Of a stretch of 23,995 bases of DNA, positions 8,506-20,005 are shown one piece after another. Position 1 is the stretch's first letter. Each line of letters begins with the position of its first letter. Position numbers and translations under genes: made by a program. Under the pieces are notes generated by a model. The model was not told where the DNA came from. It ran no database searches and saw only the letters and a list, made by a program, of their open reading frames with translations. The stretch comes from Planctomycetota bacterium (GTDB lineage Bacteria; Planctomycetota; GCA-002687715; DRQF01), in contig JALTLO010000039.1 of assembly GCA_027001995.1 (NCBI GenBank), forward strand, positions 1 to 23,995. The letters are read 5' to 3'.

Positions 8506-8850
8506 GGCCCTTACCTTGCAGCTCTTAGAGAATGCCACAGAGGTGGGTAGATCTACATAGATGGTCACCCCCGCAGAAAAAAGTCCCCCTAAGGCACAAA
8601 GGAGTGATGCGCCGATTCTTGTTGTATGGTCTCACGCAACTCCCTCATACGATTGCCACGCCTACGGTCATCCTTCCATCCTCAGCAGTCTTCTCTGTTC
8701 CAAGTGGCTGTAATTTGAGTATTCAAGCATCTACCCAGGTGAAAACCGTCTAACAGTGTTTGTTAGGTCCCCACTGTCCTTGGGGGCAATGGTGGTGTAG
8801 GTTCATGGGGCGTTTCGGCGGACCATGACCATGGAGGGAGAAAAGGCGCG

Positions 8851-10056
8851 ATGGAAGCAGCACTCACCTGGCTTGACTTGACAACAGCAGATCGAGATCG
8901 GATGCGGCGTCTGCTCGATCTTTTCTCTGAGAAAGGCACGGTCGATGAGTTGGGCCTGGGGGTTGTACGGGACATGATCTCGGACGCCCTCTTTCCTGGG
9001 ACTTCGACCATTCAAACACGGCTGCGCTACTTTCTCTTCATTCCCTGGATCTACCGAGATCTCGAAGACAAGAATATCGACTCCCCCGAAATTGAAGATA
9101 AAGCCCGAGAACGAGAAATAAGCTTGATCCGCTCGCTTTGCGAAAACGGTGATGAGAAAGGTGTTATTGGAGCAAGATCAAGAAGCCGCCTAAGGCGTCT
9201 GCCCAGTGCTGTCTACTGGGCGGGACTCATACGCTGGGGCATATTCAGTCATCATCAAAGCCTCGCGTGGTATCACCGAAATTTTTCGTCCTTGAAGCGT
9301 CGCCGCCATGGCTACGGGACGGCAGATGACCCAGGAGTCGTTTGGACCAGGGAACCCAACTGGCATCGGAGACTCCCAGAGAAACCACAGGGGTTCCCCT
9401 GGGAAGCGAGTTTCGATTTGACTGATGAAGAAGCAGAGTTCCTTAAGGCTCGCATAGAAGATTCCTGTCCTAACACCTTCCTGAGCTTTCTTGTGGAGCG
9501 CCGCTCTTCCTTCCTGGCTGATGATTTCTGGGATCGAGAGATGCTCCTTGGGCTGGATTCAGAGAATTCCCAGATAGTCGAGATGGCTCGGCGATTTTCG
9601 CTGCATGTGGAAGGGGCGCCCCTGGTATACAACCTGCTGCTAGCGGAAAAACGCCACCGTGATCAGGCCGGAGGCGACGAGGAACTCATAGAAGACTATC
9701 GGATCGAGCTTCAGCAGTGGGCTGAGGAAGAGCGTGGGGAAGACCCCTTTCAACCAGATGATCTTTGGGATCTAATGGCGCGGCAGGGGGCGCGCACATT
9801 GCTTCCACTGCGAAAATTCATCGAGGCCTGGACCCGAGGTGTCAACCGCTGCGGGGCTTCTTCTGTGGTCAACAATCGTGACCTGAGGGACTTGATTGCC
9901 CGACGGGAGATCCAGTTGAAGGGCAATCGTGCCCGCCTGGTGCATACCGGAAGGTTGATGGACTGGTCAGGAAGAGTTGGTGTTGGTCGTATGGACTTTC
10001 GCTGGCATCGGGTAAGACCTCTGCTCCAAGACCTATACAAGGGTCTTGCAAACTGA
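8851..10056 (+). CDS. DUF6361 family protein (Azaca ZacA-like)
   Basis: N-terminal WLD...GTVDELGLGVVRDMISDALFPGTSTIQTRLRYFLFIPW, PSAVYWAGL and C-terminal MDFRWHRV are recognised as DUF6361. RBS GGAGGGAG lies upstream; TGATG overlap with the next gene. Confidence 0.8.
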   Translation: MEAALTWLDLTTADRDRMRRLLDLFSEKGTVDELGLGVVRDMISDALFPGTSTIQTRLRYFLFIPWIYRDLEDKNIDSPEIEDKAREREISLIRSLCENGDEKGVIGARSRSRLRRLPSAVYWAGLIRWGIFSHHQSLAWYHRNFSSLKRRRHGYGTADDPGVVWTREPNWHRRLPEKPQGFPWEASFDLTDEEAEFLKARIEDSCPNTFLSFLVERRSSFLADDFWDREMLLGLDSENSQIVEMARRFSLHVEGAPLVYNLLLAEKRHRDQAGGDEELIEDYRIELQQWAEEERGEDPFQPDDLWDLMARQGARTLLPLRKFIEAWTRGVNRCGASSVVNNRDLRDLIARREIQLKGNRARLVHTGRLMDWSGRVGVGRMDFRWHRVRPLLQDLYKGLAN

Positions 10057-11873
10057 TGCTGGCTCCAGACCTAAGGCGTGTGGCTGTTGAATTCTTGATG
10101 CCGCCACCCGAGATGCAACTCGACATGGCTGTGCTAACCACCTATTCCCTCGATTTGGAGACGATGCTAGCATTGCCCCTGGCCGTACTAGCACAGGCAG
10201 AGGGGAGCGTTGAAGACTTGATGGAAAATCCCCTCCTTCTCTTAGAAGGCTTGCGAGAAGCCGGTGACCGCATTCATGTGTTCTGTGACTCCAGTGGAAT
10301 TGCCCTGCCCCAACAACATCGTGCTCTCTATGGCATCCTTGAAAATTGTGTGCACCCTGTGGGCGCACCCCACGGTGGGGTGTTTCATCCCAAGGTATGG
10401 TGTGTACGTTTCAAAGATGAAGAGGACCATATCCTTATGCGTGTCGCCGTGCTATCTCGGAACCTAACGACTGCCAGGTCATGGGACATGGCACTTGTAA
10501 GTGAAGTTGAACCTTTTCCGAAGCAAAGGCCAAAGGGCAGCCAAGACCTTAGCTCATTGATCGAGTCTCTCGGTGATCTGTCGACCCAGCCCCTCTCACA
10601 AGAACTGCGTGAAGACCTAGGCAACTTTGCGGACATGCTTTCCCGCTGTCTATTCCCGGCCCCGGACCGATTCTATGGGGCCCTTGAGTTTTTCTGCCTG
10701 GGCCTGGGCAATGAAGAGGGAACACTCTGGGCACCCCCAAACAATGATCGACTCTTAGCCATGGCACCTTTCGTCACGGCTCGAGCCCTGAAACACCTTG
10801 CGGCGACAAGTCGCGGTACCTGTCTTCTGTTTAGCCGTGCTGATGAGCTGGATCAGATGGTGAAAGAGAGAAACGACAGCCTTGAAGATTGGGACAATGT
10901 TCAGGTCCTAAATGACAGTCTTCTCGATGTCGATGAGGGCGCGTCAGTGATGCCCCGAGGCCTCCACGCCAAGGCAATTGCGATAGAGCATGGGCACAAA
11001 GTAACTTGGTATGTCGGCTCGGCCAACCTGACAACGGCGGCCCTGGGTGGCAAGAATGTTGAACTTATGGCCGCCATCACTGGAAGGCGAGGGCGCCGGG
11101 AAGGTGTTCACGGAGAAGGTATTGAGTTCTTCTTGAAAGCCGGGTTCGGCAATTTGTGTCACCCCTATGTGCAGGCTGAACCCCAGCCCGAGTCCACAGA
11201 GGCCATGGCTGCCCGGAAGATCCTGGAGGAAACTAGAAAGTCAATCATTGGAGCCAAGGCCCAGGTGTTCTGTCAATCTAACGAGGATGACAACTGGTCT
11301 TTGTCACTTAAGATGAAGGTGGCGCTTCCTGAAGGCGTTGAGGTCTCTGTCTGGCCACTGAGTGTCCCCAAAGCTCGTTCTAAGGAACTTTCACAAACTG
11401 TTTCTTGGACTGTGCCCGCTGCCTGCCTCACCGCTTTCATGGGGTTCCGGCTGGGAGTTTCTCTCGGCAGTGTGCCGGACATATGTTTCACGCGTAAGAT
11501 TCCCGCAGTGGGATTGCCGGAAAACCGTACGGCCCAGATCCTGCGCAGTCTCATTTGCAGTCAAGAGAACTTCCTTTGTTTCCTGCGCGCCCTTCTCGGG
11601 AGCATCGAGGGCACTGTTGGTGAAGAAAGCATCACTTTTCAAGGAAGCAAAGAAAGTGGCAACTGGGACCAAGTTTTGCCGTCAGATGCCCTGTTAGAGG
11701 ATCTTGTTCGGGCGGTATCCAGAGATCCCGAACGACTGAATTCTCTAGCCCGCTTGGTAGATGATTTAAGAGGATCAGATGAAGGTTTGGCGCTGATCCC
11801 CGATGGATTTCTTGCCCTTTGGAATGTCATTGAGCAAACCCTAGAGCGAAGGAAAAATCGTGAAGAAGCCTGA
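10056..11873 (+). CDS. Phospholipase D superfamily nuclease-like protein (Azaca ZacB-like)
   Basis: Two HxK motifs with downstream SxNLT: FHPKVW...VLSRNLT and LHAKAI...VGSANLT. N-terminal TTYSLDL motif. 1 bp overlap upstream, 14 bp overlap downstream. Confidence 0.85.
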   Translation: MLAPDLRRVAVEFLMPPPEMQLDMAVLTTYSLDLETMLALPLAVLAQAEGSVEDLMENPLLLLEGLREAGDRIHVFCDSSGIALPQQHRALYGILENCVHPVGAPHGGVFHPKVWCVRFKDEEDHILMRVAVLSRNLTTARSWDMALVSEVEPFPKQRPKGSQDLSSLIESLGDLSTQPLSQELREDLGNFADMLSRCLFPAPDRFYGALEFFCLGLGNEEGTLWAPPNNDRLLAMAPFVTARALKHLAATSRGTCLLFSRADELDQMVKERNDSLEDWDNVQVLNDSLLDVDEGASVMPRGLHAKAIAIEHGHKVTWYVGSANLTTAALGGKNVELMAAITGRRGRREGVHGEGIEFFLKAGFGNLCHPYVQAEPQPESTEAMAARKILEETRKSIIGAKAQVFCQSNEDDNWSLSLKMKVALPEGVEVSVWPLSVPKARSKELSQTVSWTVPAACLTAFMGFRLGVSLGSVPDICFTRKIPAVGLPENRTAQILRSLICSQENFLCFLRALLGSIEGTVGEESITFQGSKESGNWDQVLPSDALLEDLVRAVSRDPERLNSLARLVDDLRGSDEGLALIPDGFLALWNVIEQTLERRKNREEA

Positions 11874-14800
11874 CGCTGAGGCCATTCTGTGCCCTCTAAA
11901 GCCTTTTCAACGCCGAACAGTTGATCATGCTTTTCATCGGCTATTCATCGCAAATGACAGTACAGCAAGATTCTTGGTGGCCGACGAGGTTGGACTTGGA
12001 AAGACACTGGTGGCCCGAGGCGTTATTGCTCGGGCTGTTGATCATCTTTGGCCCAACGTGAAGCACATCGACATCATTTATATTTGCAGCAACGCCAGTA
12101 TCGCCAGAGCCAACCTACCTAAACTCGAGATCGGCAACTGCGAAGGCAACTCGTTTTCGCTAGCCACGCGCCTAACCATGTTAGCGACTCAGCTCGCCGC
12201 CGGAGAGAAGGCTACTCCGGGGGCCAGAAGGCGGTTGAATTTCGTCAGCTTCACCCCAGGTACATCCTTCAACCTAAGCGGTGGTTCAGGGCACCAGGCA
12301 GAGCGGCGCGTCTTATTTCACCTATTGGCTCCTCTCTTGGGGTCCTCGAAGCGGCTCATGAATGTTCTCCAGGGGGGCATTGGGGACTATCGACGGTGGC
12401 GACAAAGCCTCAACGACAAGATTCCGATACACCGGGGCATCCGCCGTGATTTCGTCAAAGCATGGAAGAGGTCGCCTGAGCTTGAGGCGCGCTACGCCAG
12501 CTTTTCCCAACGTTGGTTTTCCCGCCCGAATTCAGATCTGTCACCAGAGGCCCGTCGGATTCGCAACCAATGGGTTGGCGAAGTACGCCGCCTCCTGGCG
12601 GCCATCTGTGTCGCTGCTCTTGAGCCGGACCTCGTCATTATGGATGAATTTCAACGCTTCAAATCCCTGTTGAACGAAGAGGAAGGAGCAGATCCTGCGG
12701 CTCAACTGGCACAATCCCTGTTCCAGGCAACCACGCCGGAGGGCCAGCCGGTTCGAACACTCCTGCTGTCGGCAACACCTTACAAGTTATTCACCTCAGA
12801 AGCGGAAATCGATCAAGACGATCACTACGTGGACTTCATCAATACCACCCGATTTCTCATGGGACAGGAGGAGACGGCTAGCATTGATGCTCTGCGAAAC
12901 GACCTCCAGGTTTTCGGCCAGGCGTTGAAGAGATCTCTTGTTGACGATGGTGCCGCAGTCATCGAGGCCAAGACGTCTGTAGAGCAGCGGCTCACCCGTG
13001 TCATGGCACGGACAGAGCGTGTTTCTGAGAGTGAAGATCACAACGCCATGGTGAACGAGAGACGTACCAACCTCTGCCCCACTCCCGCCGACATTGAGCA
13101 ATACATGGCAGCAGATGCGATCTTCCAGGCCGTTGGAGCCCAAGACCCCATGCCATTCTGGAAGGCAGCGCCTTATCTGTTTCACTTCATGCACGGTTAT
13201 CGCATGAACGACCATCTTGACGAAGCAGTCGAGCTGGAGGCCGATGCACTCCTCGAGGCCTTGCAGAAACATCAACATGCTCTCTTGTCACCCGGGCAGA
13301 TCAGCACATGGAATTCTATTGGCGACGCCCATGCCAAGTTACGAGAGATGCGCCAGCTCATTGTGAACAACGGGGCATGGAAGCGTCTTTGGATCGCAGC
13401 AACCGCTCCTTACTGGCCCTTGCAGGGTGCATTCCACGGGGCCGAAGAAGACAGTAAAACTCTACTGTTTTCAGCGTGGAACGTGGTGCCGGATGTTGTG
13501 AGTGCGCTTCTGAGCTATGAAACTGAGCGGCTCATGGTAGGAGGACGCATGGCATCCTATCAGAACCCCACCAGGCAGCAGAGTGCCCTATTGAGACTCT
13601 CCAAAGACAAGGAAGGAGAATTGAGTCGGCACAGATTGTTCCTACTTCTCATGCCTTGCCTCACCCTTGCGGACAAAGTTCATCCCCTTGCAGCCCCATT
13701 GGGATGTGACGTGCGCACATGGGCCCGAGAACTGGTTGAAGAACTCCTCGCTGGGCTTCCAGATCCCCAAACAGGTCCAGTTGATGAACGCTGGGAATGG
13801 GCAGCACCTGTACTCCTTGATCCAGGGCTATCAGCCTTCCTCCGAAAATGGCAAAGAAACAGGGCTCTTAAGCGACCCAATGGGAGCGTATTCGGCGCCT
13901 ATGTCCGCGAGATCGCCGGAATCAAGGCCGAAGAACTGGGCCAGCGCCCCCCTGGTCTCGTCGACCTTCTCGTCGATGTTGCGTTGGGGTCGCCGGCGAT
14001 CATTGCCAGTCGCTGCCTGGCAATGACCCCAATAAATGACTCAGCACGGCGGCTCCATTCTTCCTTTGTCGCCCAAGCATTCTGGAGCCTTTTTAATGGT
14101 CCAGCGGTCATCAGCCTTCTTATCGCTCTTTTCCACGATCAGATAGACGGCCAAGGCGATGTGCCGTATTGGCGCATGGTCCTACAATACTGCATCGACG
14201 GAAATCTACAGGCTGTGCTGGATGAGCAATGGCATATTCTCTGGGAACAGCAGTCCTGGCGTGACGAAGAAGAGCCGTTAAGGGCGGTAGAAACTTGCGT
14301 AGAAGATCTGGTCTACACCGTTGCGAAAGACCGTTCCACTCGTGTTCACGCCCAATTCTTTAGCACCACAAAGCGCAGCCCAGGGATTCGAACCCGGGAA
14401 ATTCGCATTCGAACCGACTTTGCTCTGCGCTTCGCCAACCTCCAAACCGATGATGAAGGAATGTCCCAGGACAAGGTGCGGGCGTCCTTCAACAGTCCAT
14501 TTCGCCCTTTCCTTCTGGCGAGCACATCCATCGGGCAGGAAGGGTTGGATTTTCATCCCTGGTGCCACCGTCTGACCCATTGGAATCTGCCTGGCAACCC
14601 TGTGGACCTGGAACAGCGAGAAGGCCGGGTACACCGTTACAAAGGTCTCGCTGTGCGCAAAAATGTTGCAGCCCGCCATGCCAATGCCGCGCGAAAGATC
14701 TGGCAACCCGGCGATGACCTTTGGACTATCATCTTTGATCTCGCCACCCAGGAAGCGCGCCAAGCTGGGGCTGAGGATCTTAGGCCATTCTGGTTGGCAC

Positions 14801-15015
14801 CAGGTCCTGCTCGGGTGGAACGGCACGTCCCTCTTTTGAGCTATTCGCAGGAGGAAGGGGCTTTCGCACGACTAAAACGTCAATTGGCCGCCTACCGCGT
14901 GGTATTCGGGCAACCACGCCAAGAAGAGCTTCTTGAGCTCTTAGATCGATCCAGCTTCAGCACCCAAGTCTTGAAGAGCTGGGTCATCGATCTGTCACCT
15001 CCAGATGTCGATTGA
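11860..15015 (+). CDS. SF2 (SNF2-like/DExx) helicase (Azaca ZacC-like)
   Basis: Q-motif LKPFQ, motif I ADEVGLGKT, II IMDEFQ, III LLSATP, V STSIGQEGLDF, VI LEQREGRVHR. GTG start overlapping the PLD stop. Confidence 0.9.
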   Translation: MKKPDAEAILCPLKPFQRRTVDHAFHRLFIANDSTARFLVADEVGLGKTLVARGVIARAVDHLWPNVKHIDIIYICSNASIARANLPKLEIGNCEGNSFSLATRLTMLATQLAAGEKATPGARRRLNFVSFTPGTSFNLSGGSGHQAERRVLFHLLAPLLGSSKRLMNVLQGGIGDYRRWRQSLNDKIPIHRGIRRDFVKAWKRSPELEARYASFSQRWFSRPNSDLSPEARRIRNQWVGEVRRLLAAICVAALEPDLVIMDEFQRFKSLLNEEEGADPAAQLAQSLFQATTPEGQPVRTLLLSATPYKLFTSEAEIDQDDHYVDFINTTRFLMGQEETASIDALRNDLQVFGQALKRSLVDDGAAVIEAKTSVEQRLTRVMARTERVSESEDHNAMVNERRTNLCPTPADIEQYMAADAIFQAVGAQDPMPFWKAAPYLFHFMHGYRMNDHLDEAVELEADALLEALQKHQHALLSPGQISTWNSIGDAHAKLREMRQLIVNNGAWKRLWIAATAPYWPLQGAFHGAEEDSKTLLFSAWNVVPDVVSALLSYETERLMVGGRMASYQNPTRQQSALLRLSKDKEGELSRHRLFLLLMPCLTLADKVHPLAAPLGCDVRTWARELVEELLAGLPDPQTGPVDERWEWAAPVLLDPGLSAFLRKWQRNRALKRPNGSVFGAYVREIAGIKAEELGQRPPGLVDLLVDVALGSPAIIASRCLAMTPINDSARRLHSSFVAQAFWSLFNGPAVISLLIALFHDQIDGQGDVPYWRMVLQYCIDGNLQAVLDEQWHILWEQQSWRDEEEPLRAVETCVEDLVYTVAKDRSTRVHAQFFSTTKRSPGIRTREIRIRTDFALRFANLQTDDEGMSQDKVRASFNSPFRPFLLASTSIGQEGLDFHPWCHRLTHWNLPGNPVDLEQREGRVHRYKGLAVRKNVAARHANAARKIWQPGDDLWTIIFDLATQEARQAGAEDLRPFWLAPGPARVERHVPLLSYSQEEGAFARLKRQLAAYRVVFGQPRQEELLELLDRSSFSTQVLKSWVIDLSPPDVD

Positions 15016-15160
15016 CATCGATACGAAATACGCTGGATAGAGGATTCAGCGCCCCTCGATTGCTCACGAGAAAAGATAAGACAGGGACTCCTTAGACTCA
15101 ATTCAGACTGAACGATCCTCATCACATATACAAGACGACATAAAGGGGCTCCAAATGGGA

Positions 15161-15169
15161 TGCTATCAT
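15161..15169 (+). promoter_or_regulatory. Possible extended -10 promoter for the small membrane protein
   Basis: TGcTATCAT about 100 bp upstream of ATG 15265. Confidence 0.25.
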
Positions 15170-15264
15170 TGTTAACTTTGCCCGGCCTTTTCTGTGTGAA
15201 CGTCCACAATCTCCTGAATAATTCAGGGCAAGTCGCAGGAAAATGGATAGTATCTGGCTACAAA

Positions 15265-15669
15265 ATGCACGAGCAATCGCCACAAAACTTGAAGATACCG
15301 GGACGTTGCGCCCTTTCCTTTGCCATGATCTATTTGATCGTGCTGGGATGCCTCTTGCTCAGTGAAGCATTCCATCCTGGGGATGCCCAAGGGACCATCT
15401 CTTTTATCCCGGGAGGAGAAGAACAGGCCGCTAAAGGCTACTTCTTTCATGTCATGGCCGGTCTCTTGGCCATTATCTGGAATGCACGCGGGTCTCGATC
15501 GAAGTTCCCTATGGCTTTTGCAGCCATTTCTTGCACCATCGCTGGTACTTGGACTTACATCGCTTTTACCCCAACGTTCTTTGGCCTGAGTGGCCTCATC
15601 CCGGGTGCCATCTGCGGTATTCTATTTGGGTATCGGATACACACACGCAATGCAGCCCGAGAGAGTTGA
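15265..15669 (+). CDS. Hypothetical small integral membrane protein (about 4 TM)
   Basis: Four hydrophobic segments (LSFAMIYLIVLGCLLL; YFFHVMAGLLAIIW; MAFAAISCTIAGTWTYIAF; FFGLSGLIPGAICGILFGY). Start is uncertain (15160 or 15265). Confidence 0.65.
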   Translation: MHEQSPQNLKIPGRCALSFAMIYLIVLGCLLLSEAFHPGDAQGTISFIPGGEEQAAKGYFFHVMAGLLAIIWNARGSRSKFPMAFAAISCTIAGTWTYIAFTPTFFGLSGLIPGAICGILFGYRIHTRNAARES

Positions 15670-15678
15670 CCGACGAAA

Positions 15679-16398
15679 TCAGAAATCGAGTTGGTGCACA
15701 GGCATATCAGCCACCAAGATTGGCGTCATAGCGATTCGATCCACACTGGCATTCTCATAACGAACCGTCTTGGAGAACACTTTCATGGGGCCGTTGTGGG
15801 CAATGGGCAGATCTGGACCATGAATATGCCCATAGACGACGAGGTCTACCGGATATCGGGCGATAATTTCCTCGAAGGCTGTGGGGGTTTTCTCAGGAGC
15901 CCATCGTGGGGGATAGTGAATCATCAAAAGGATCTTGTTGCCAGGGAAGTCCAACTCAGCGTTCCTGAGAGTCCTCTCTAAAGCCAAGCACGATTCCTCA
16001 AAAGGCTCACGCATCTCATCTTCTTTCCACCATGGCGACTCAGGCTGCTCCCACCCCACGGTGGCCGCAAGGGTCCAAGAGTCACTCAGGGGAATATGAG
16101 CATCCTTCAAGAAAAGGATAGAAGGCAAGGAAATTCGCTCTGTCTTCTTCCACCAACGATCATGATTTCCCGGTGAAATGACTTTCTGACCAGGAAGCCC
16201 ACTCAATATCTCAAGATGAGCCATGGTGGACTTTGTTGTCGTAGCCCACGTCACATCTCCGGGGACTAAGACCAAGTCGTCGTCTCGAACAACAGCCCTC
16301 CAGCGATCCTGGATTTTCTGCTCGTGGTCGACCCACACTTCACCGAATCGGCTCATGTCACGGCCGAAATGAGGGTCACTCAAACAATAAATCCGCAT
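15679..16398 (-). CDS. Calcineurin-like metallophosphoesterase (COG1768/DR1119-like)
   Basis: Full motif set SDPH, VPGDV, GNHD, IHYPP, YGHIH. Start moved to ATG 16398 (MRIYCLSDPH). Confidence 0.9.
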   Translation of the reverse strand: MRIYCLSDPHFGRDMSRFGEVWVDHEQKIQDRWRAVVRDDDLVLVPGDVTWATTTKSTMAHLEILSGLPGQKVISPGNHDRWWKKTERISLPSILFLKDAHIPLSDSWTLAATVGWEQPESPWWKEDEMREPFEESCLALERTLRNAELDFPGNKILLMIHYPPRWAPEKTPTAFEEIIARYPVDLVVYGHIHGPDLPIAHNGPMKVFSKTVRYENASVDRIAMTPILVADMPVHQLDF

Positions 16399-16799
16399 GA
16401 TCGCATTCTCACAATTGATTCGATGGGACAATAGTGCCCTCAATCTCACCTCATCACAAATATCGAAGTGATTCTCTTCCCACCCCAACCCTCGATGGGG
16501 ACCTCACCTGGAATGACGTCACCTTCCGTCACCATGGCCCTATTTTTGCCAAGAATACTTGCAAATTCCGGTCGTTAGGAGAGTAGATTGAAGACATCAA
16601 AGGAAGAGAGAAAAGCTTTCTGGCCGAGTCACCCACGCAATAGAACCCAGAAGAAATGAACTGAGTCCAGGCTATTCTGGCTGTAAGGTTCTGTTAGAAT
16701 CGTTAGCTGAATGTGAGACAAGGCATCTCGGCTTTGCTCTGGTCAACTGCTACAACAACACGCACAATTTCTCTTCGCCACAAATCAGAGTTAGTCCCC

Positions 16800-17522
16800 A
16801 TGCGCGTCGGTATTATCGTCATCGGTAACGAAGTTCTCTCAGGGAAAGTCACAGACATCAATTCCACCTGGTTGATGCGGGAATTTCATGAGCTGGGAGT
16901 TCACGTCCACCGAGTCAGCATCATTCCGGACGAGATTCCTGAGATCGTCGAAGAAGTCAGAAAATTCTCCCAAGCCTATGACGTGGTTTTCACCACCGGC
17001 GGTGTTGGTCCCACTCATGATGATGTCACCTTTGCCGCAGTGGCTCAGGCTTTCGGGCGAGATTTGGAACGCAGTCCCAAGCTCGAAGCTATCATTCGGG
17101 AGCAAATCCCATCAGACGGTTCCTCTGGCTACTTACGTATGGCCAACTTGCCAACAGGTACTGATCTCATCTTCAGCCCGGGTTTGCCCTTTCCTGTGAC
17201 CAAGGTCGCCAACGTCTATGTCATGCCCGGCGAGCCTACGGTCATGAGAAAGAAGTTCATGGCGATTAAGGAGACTTTTCGCCAGCCACCTTTCTTCCAC
17301 AAGAGTATCTATCTGCGGGTAGACGAGGGCCAGATTGCCGACCCCCTAGACGTACTCCAATTTCGCTTTTCTGCTGTAGAGATTGGCAGCTACCCGGTCT
17401 ACGACAATCCTGACTACAAAGTTCAGGTGACTTTTCGGTCCAAGTCACAAAAGGCCGTCCAAGAAGCATCTGACGCCTTCGTCGCAGAATTTCCTGCCGA
17501 AGCCCTGTGGAAAACGGAATAA
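16800..17522 (+). CDS. CinA N-terminal-like / molybdopterin-binding domain protein (COG1058), no PncC domain
   Basis: IIVIGNEVLSGKVTDINS, IPDE, TTGGVGPTHDDVT, MPGEP and EIGSYP motifs. Start moved to ATG 16800. Confidence 0.88.
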   Translation: MRVGIIVIGNEVLSGKVTDINSTWLMREFHELGVHVHRVSIIPDEIPEIVEEVRKFSQAYDVVFTTGGVGPTHDDVTFAAVAQAFGRDLERSPKLEAIIREQIPSDGSSGYLRMANLPTGTDLIFSPGLPFPVTKVANVYVMPGEPTVMRKKFMAIKETFRQPPFFHKSIYLRVDEGQIADPLDVLQFRFSAVEIGSYPVYDNPDYKVQVTFRSKSQKAVQEASDAFVAEFPAEALWKTE

Positions 17523-17589
17523 CCCACACCACCTCCTGAGGTCGGTTTAGACCAAATCTCTGCCAAATTTGATGTTTTCATCTAAAGCC

Positions 17590-17640
17590 TTGTTCTCCTC
17601 ATGGTCGAAACCTATATTCGCTTACCCGCATAAACGGATA
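17590..17640 (+). promoter_or_regulatory. Sigma70 promoter overlapped by a palindromic operator upstream of the SahR-like regulator and ahcY
   Basis: TTGTTC (17590-17595), 17 bp spacer, TATATT (17613-17618). Inverted repeat TATTCGCTTA-N6-TAAACGGATA (17615-17640; 8/10 complementary). RBS GGAG at 17642-17645. Confidence 0.55.
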
Positions 17641-17654
17641 CGGAGTCAGATCCA

Positions 17655-18626
17655 TTGGAAACGTTGGTCGCAGCACGAGTCTTCAAATGTCTATCGGAGG
17701 GAATCCGTCTCCGGCTGATCAGGCTTCTGGCTCAAGAAGAGCTCAACGGTAGCGAACTGCGCCAAATCCTTGATGTGCCCCAGTCCACCCTCTCCAGACA
17801 TCTCAACGTCCTGAAGGACGAGGGTTTTGTGCAATCGCGGCGGGAAGGAAATCACAGTTTCTTCCACTTGGATCACCAGCCACGACTCAATGGCACCACC
17901 GACGATTTACTCAGGATCATCCAAGACCTGACTGGTGACGACCCAGAGTTGGCCCAAGATCACGCTGGCCTCAATCAAGTGCTCGCCGAACGCAAGCGCA
18001 GCGTTCTTGAGCATTTTGAAGCGGCTGGAGAAAGCTGGGACGACTTCCAACAGCAACATGCCGATCACTTAGTGAAACAAAGAGCACTCAGCCGTCTTAT
18101 CCCTCAAGACAAGGTCATAGTCGATGTGGGTTGTGGGTCCGGCTACTTACTGCCAGAGCTGGCAGGTACTCAAGGCTCAGTAATCGCCATTGACAACGCT
18201 CCGGCACAGTTAGACCGAGCCCGGGCAAAATGCCGGCGAGAAGGCTTAGACAACGTCGAGTTTCGTCACGGCGAGTTGGAAGCCCTACCTCTCAAAGACC
18301 AAGAAGCCGACGCCGTTTTTGCTCACCTTTCACTGCACCACACTCCAAGCCCCGAATTAGCAGTTCAAGAAATGAGCCGCATCCTGAAACCGGGAGCCAC
18401 CCTTGTCATCACCGATTTCTTGGCCCACGAAGAAAGTTGGCTCCGAGACGAACACGCTGACCTGTGGTTGGGATTCGAGACGCAAGCAGTCGTCCAGTGG
18501 CTGAAAACCGCTGGATTCGAGAACATTCGACAAGAACAACATGCCTATGCCAGTAGCGCGGACGGCAAGCACCACGAAATCGCAAACAAACTAAAACTCT
18601 TCATCCTCAGCGGCACTCGGCCGTAG
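17655..18626 (+). CDS. sahR: ArsR-family HTH fused to a SAM-dependent methyltransferase-fold domain (SahR-like SAM-cycle repressor)
   Basis: N-terminal [16 protein letters not shown]...[23 protein letters not shown] (ArsR); C-terminal VDVGCGSG and LHH...RILKPG (class I MTase fold). TTG start with GGAG RBS, directly upstream of ahcY. Confidence 0.85.
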   Translation: METLVAARVFKCLSEGIRLRLIRLLAQEELNGSELRQILDVPQSTLSRHLNVLKDEGFVQSRREGNHSFFHLDHQPRLNGTTDDLLRIIQDLTGDDPELAQDHAGLNQVLAERKRSVLEHFEAAGESWDDFQQQHADHLVKQRALSRLIPQDKVIVDVGCGSGYLLPELAGTQGSVIAIDNAPAQLDRARAKCRREGLDNVEFRHGELEALPLKDQEADAVFAHLSLHHTPSPELAVQEMSRILKPGATLVITDFLAHEESWLRDEHADLWLGFETQAVVQWLKTAGFENIRQEQHAYASSADGKHHEIANKLKLFILSGTRP

Positions 18627-18649
18627 GAAACCGAAAGGAAGCTTTATCC

Positions 18650-19960
<1,311 letters not shown>

Positions 19961-20005
19961 TCCCACATGATGAGTGAATTTTACTCATCAGGTCCTGAAA
20001 CTTTT

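Noticed and set aside
8532..8753. 73 aa ORF between the two operons
   Set aside because: No motifs or convincing RBS; more likely promoter-containing intergenic DNA.
16559..16589. TTGCAA...TAGATT promoter-like pair
   Set aside because: The 19 bp spacing is atypical and it lies far from the likely start.
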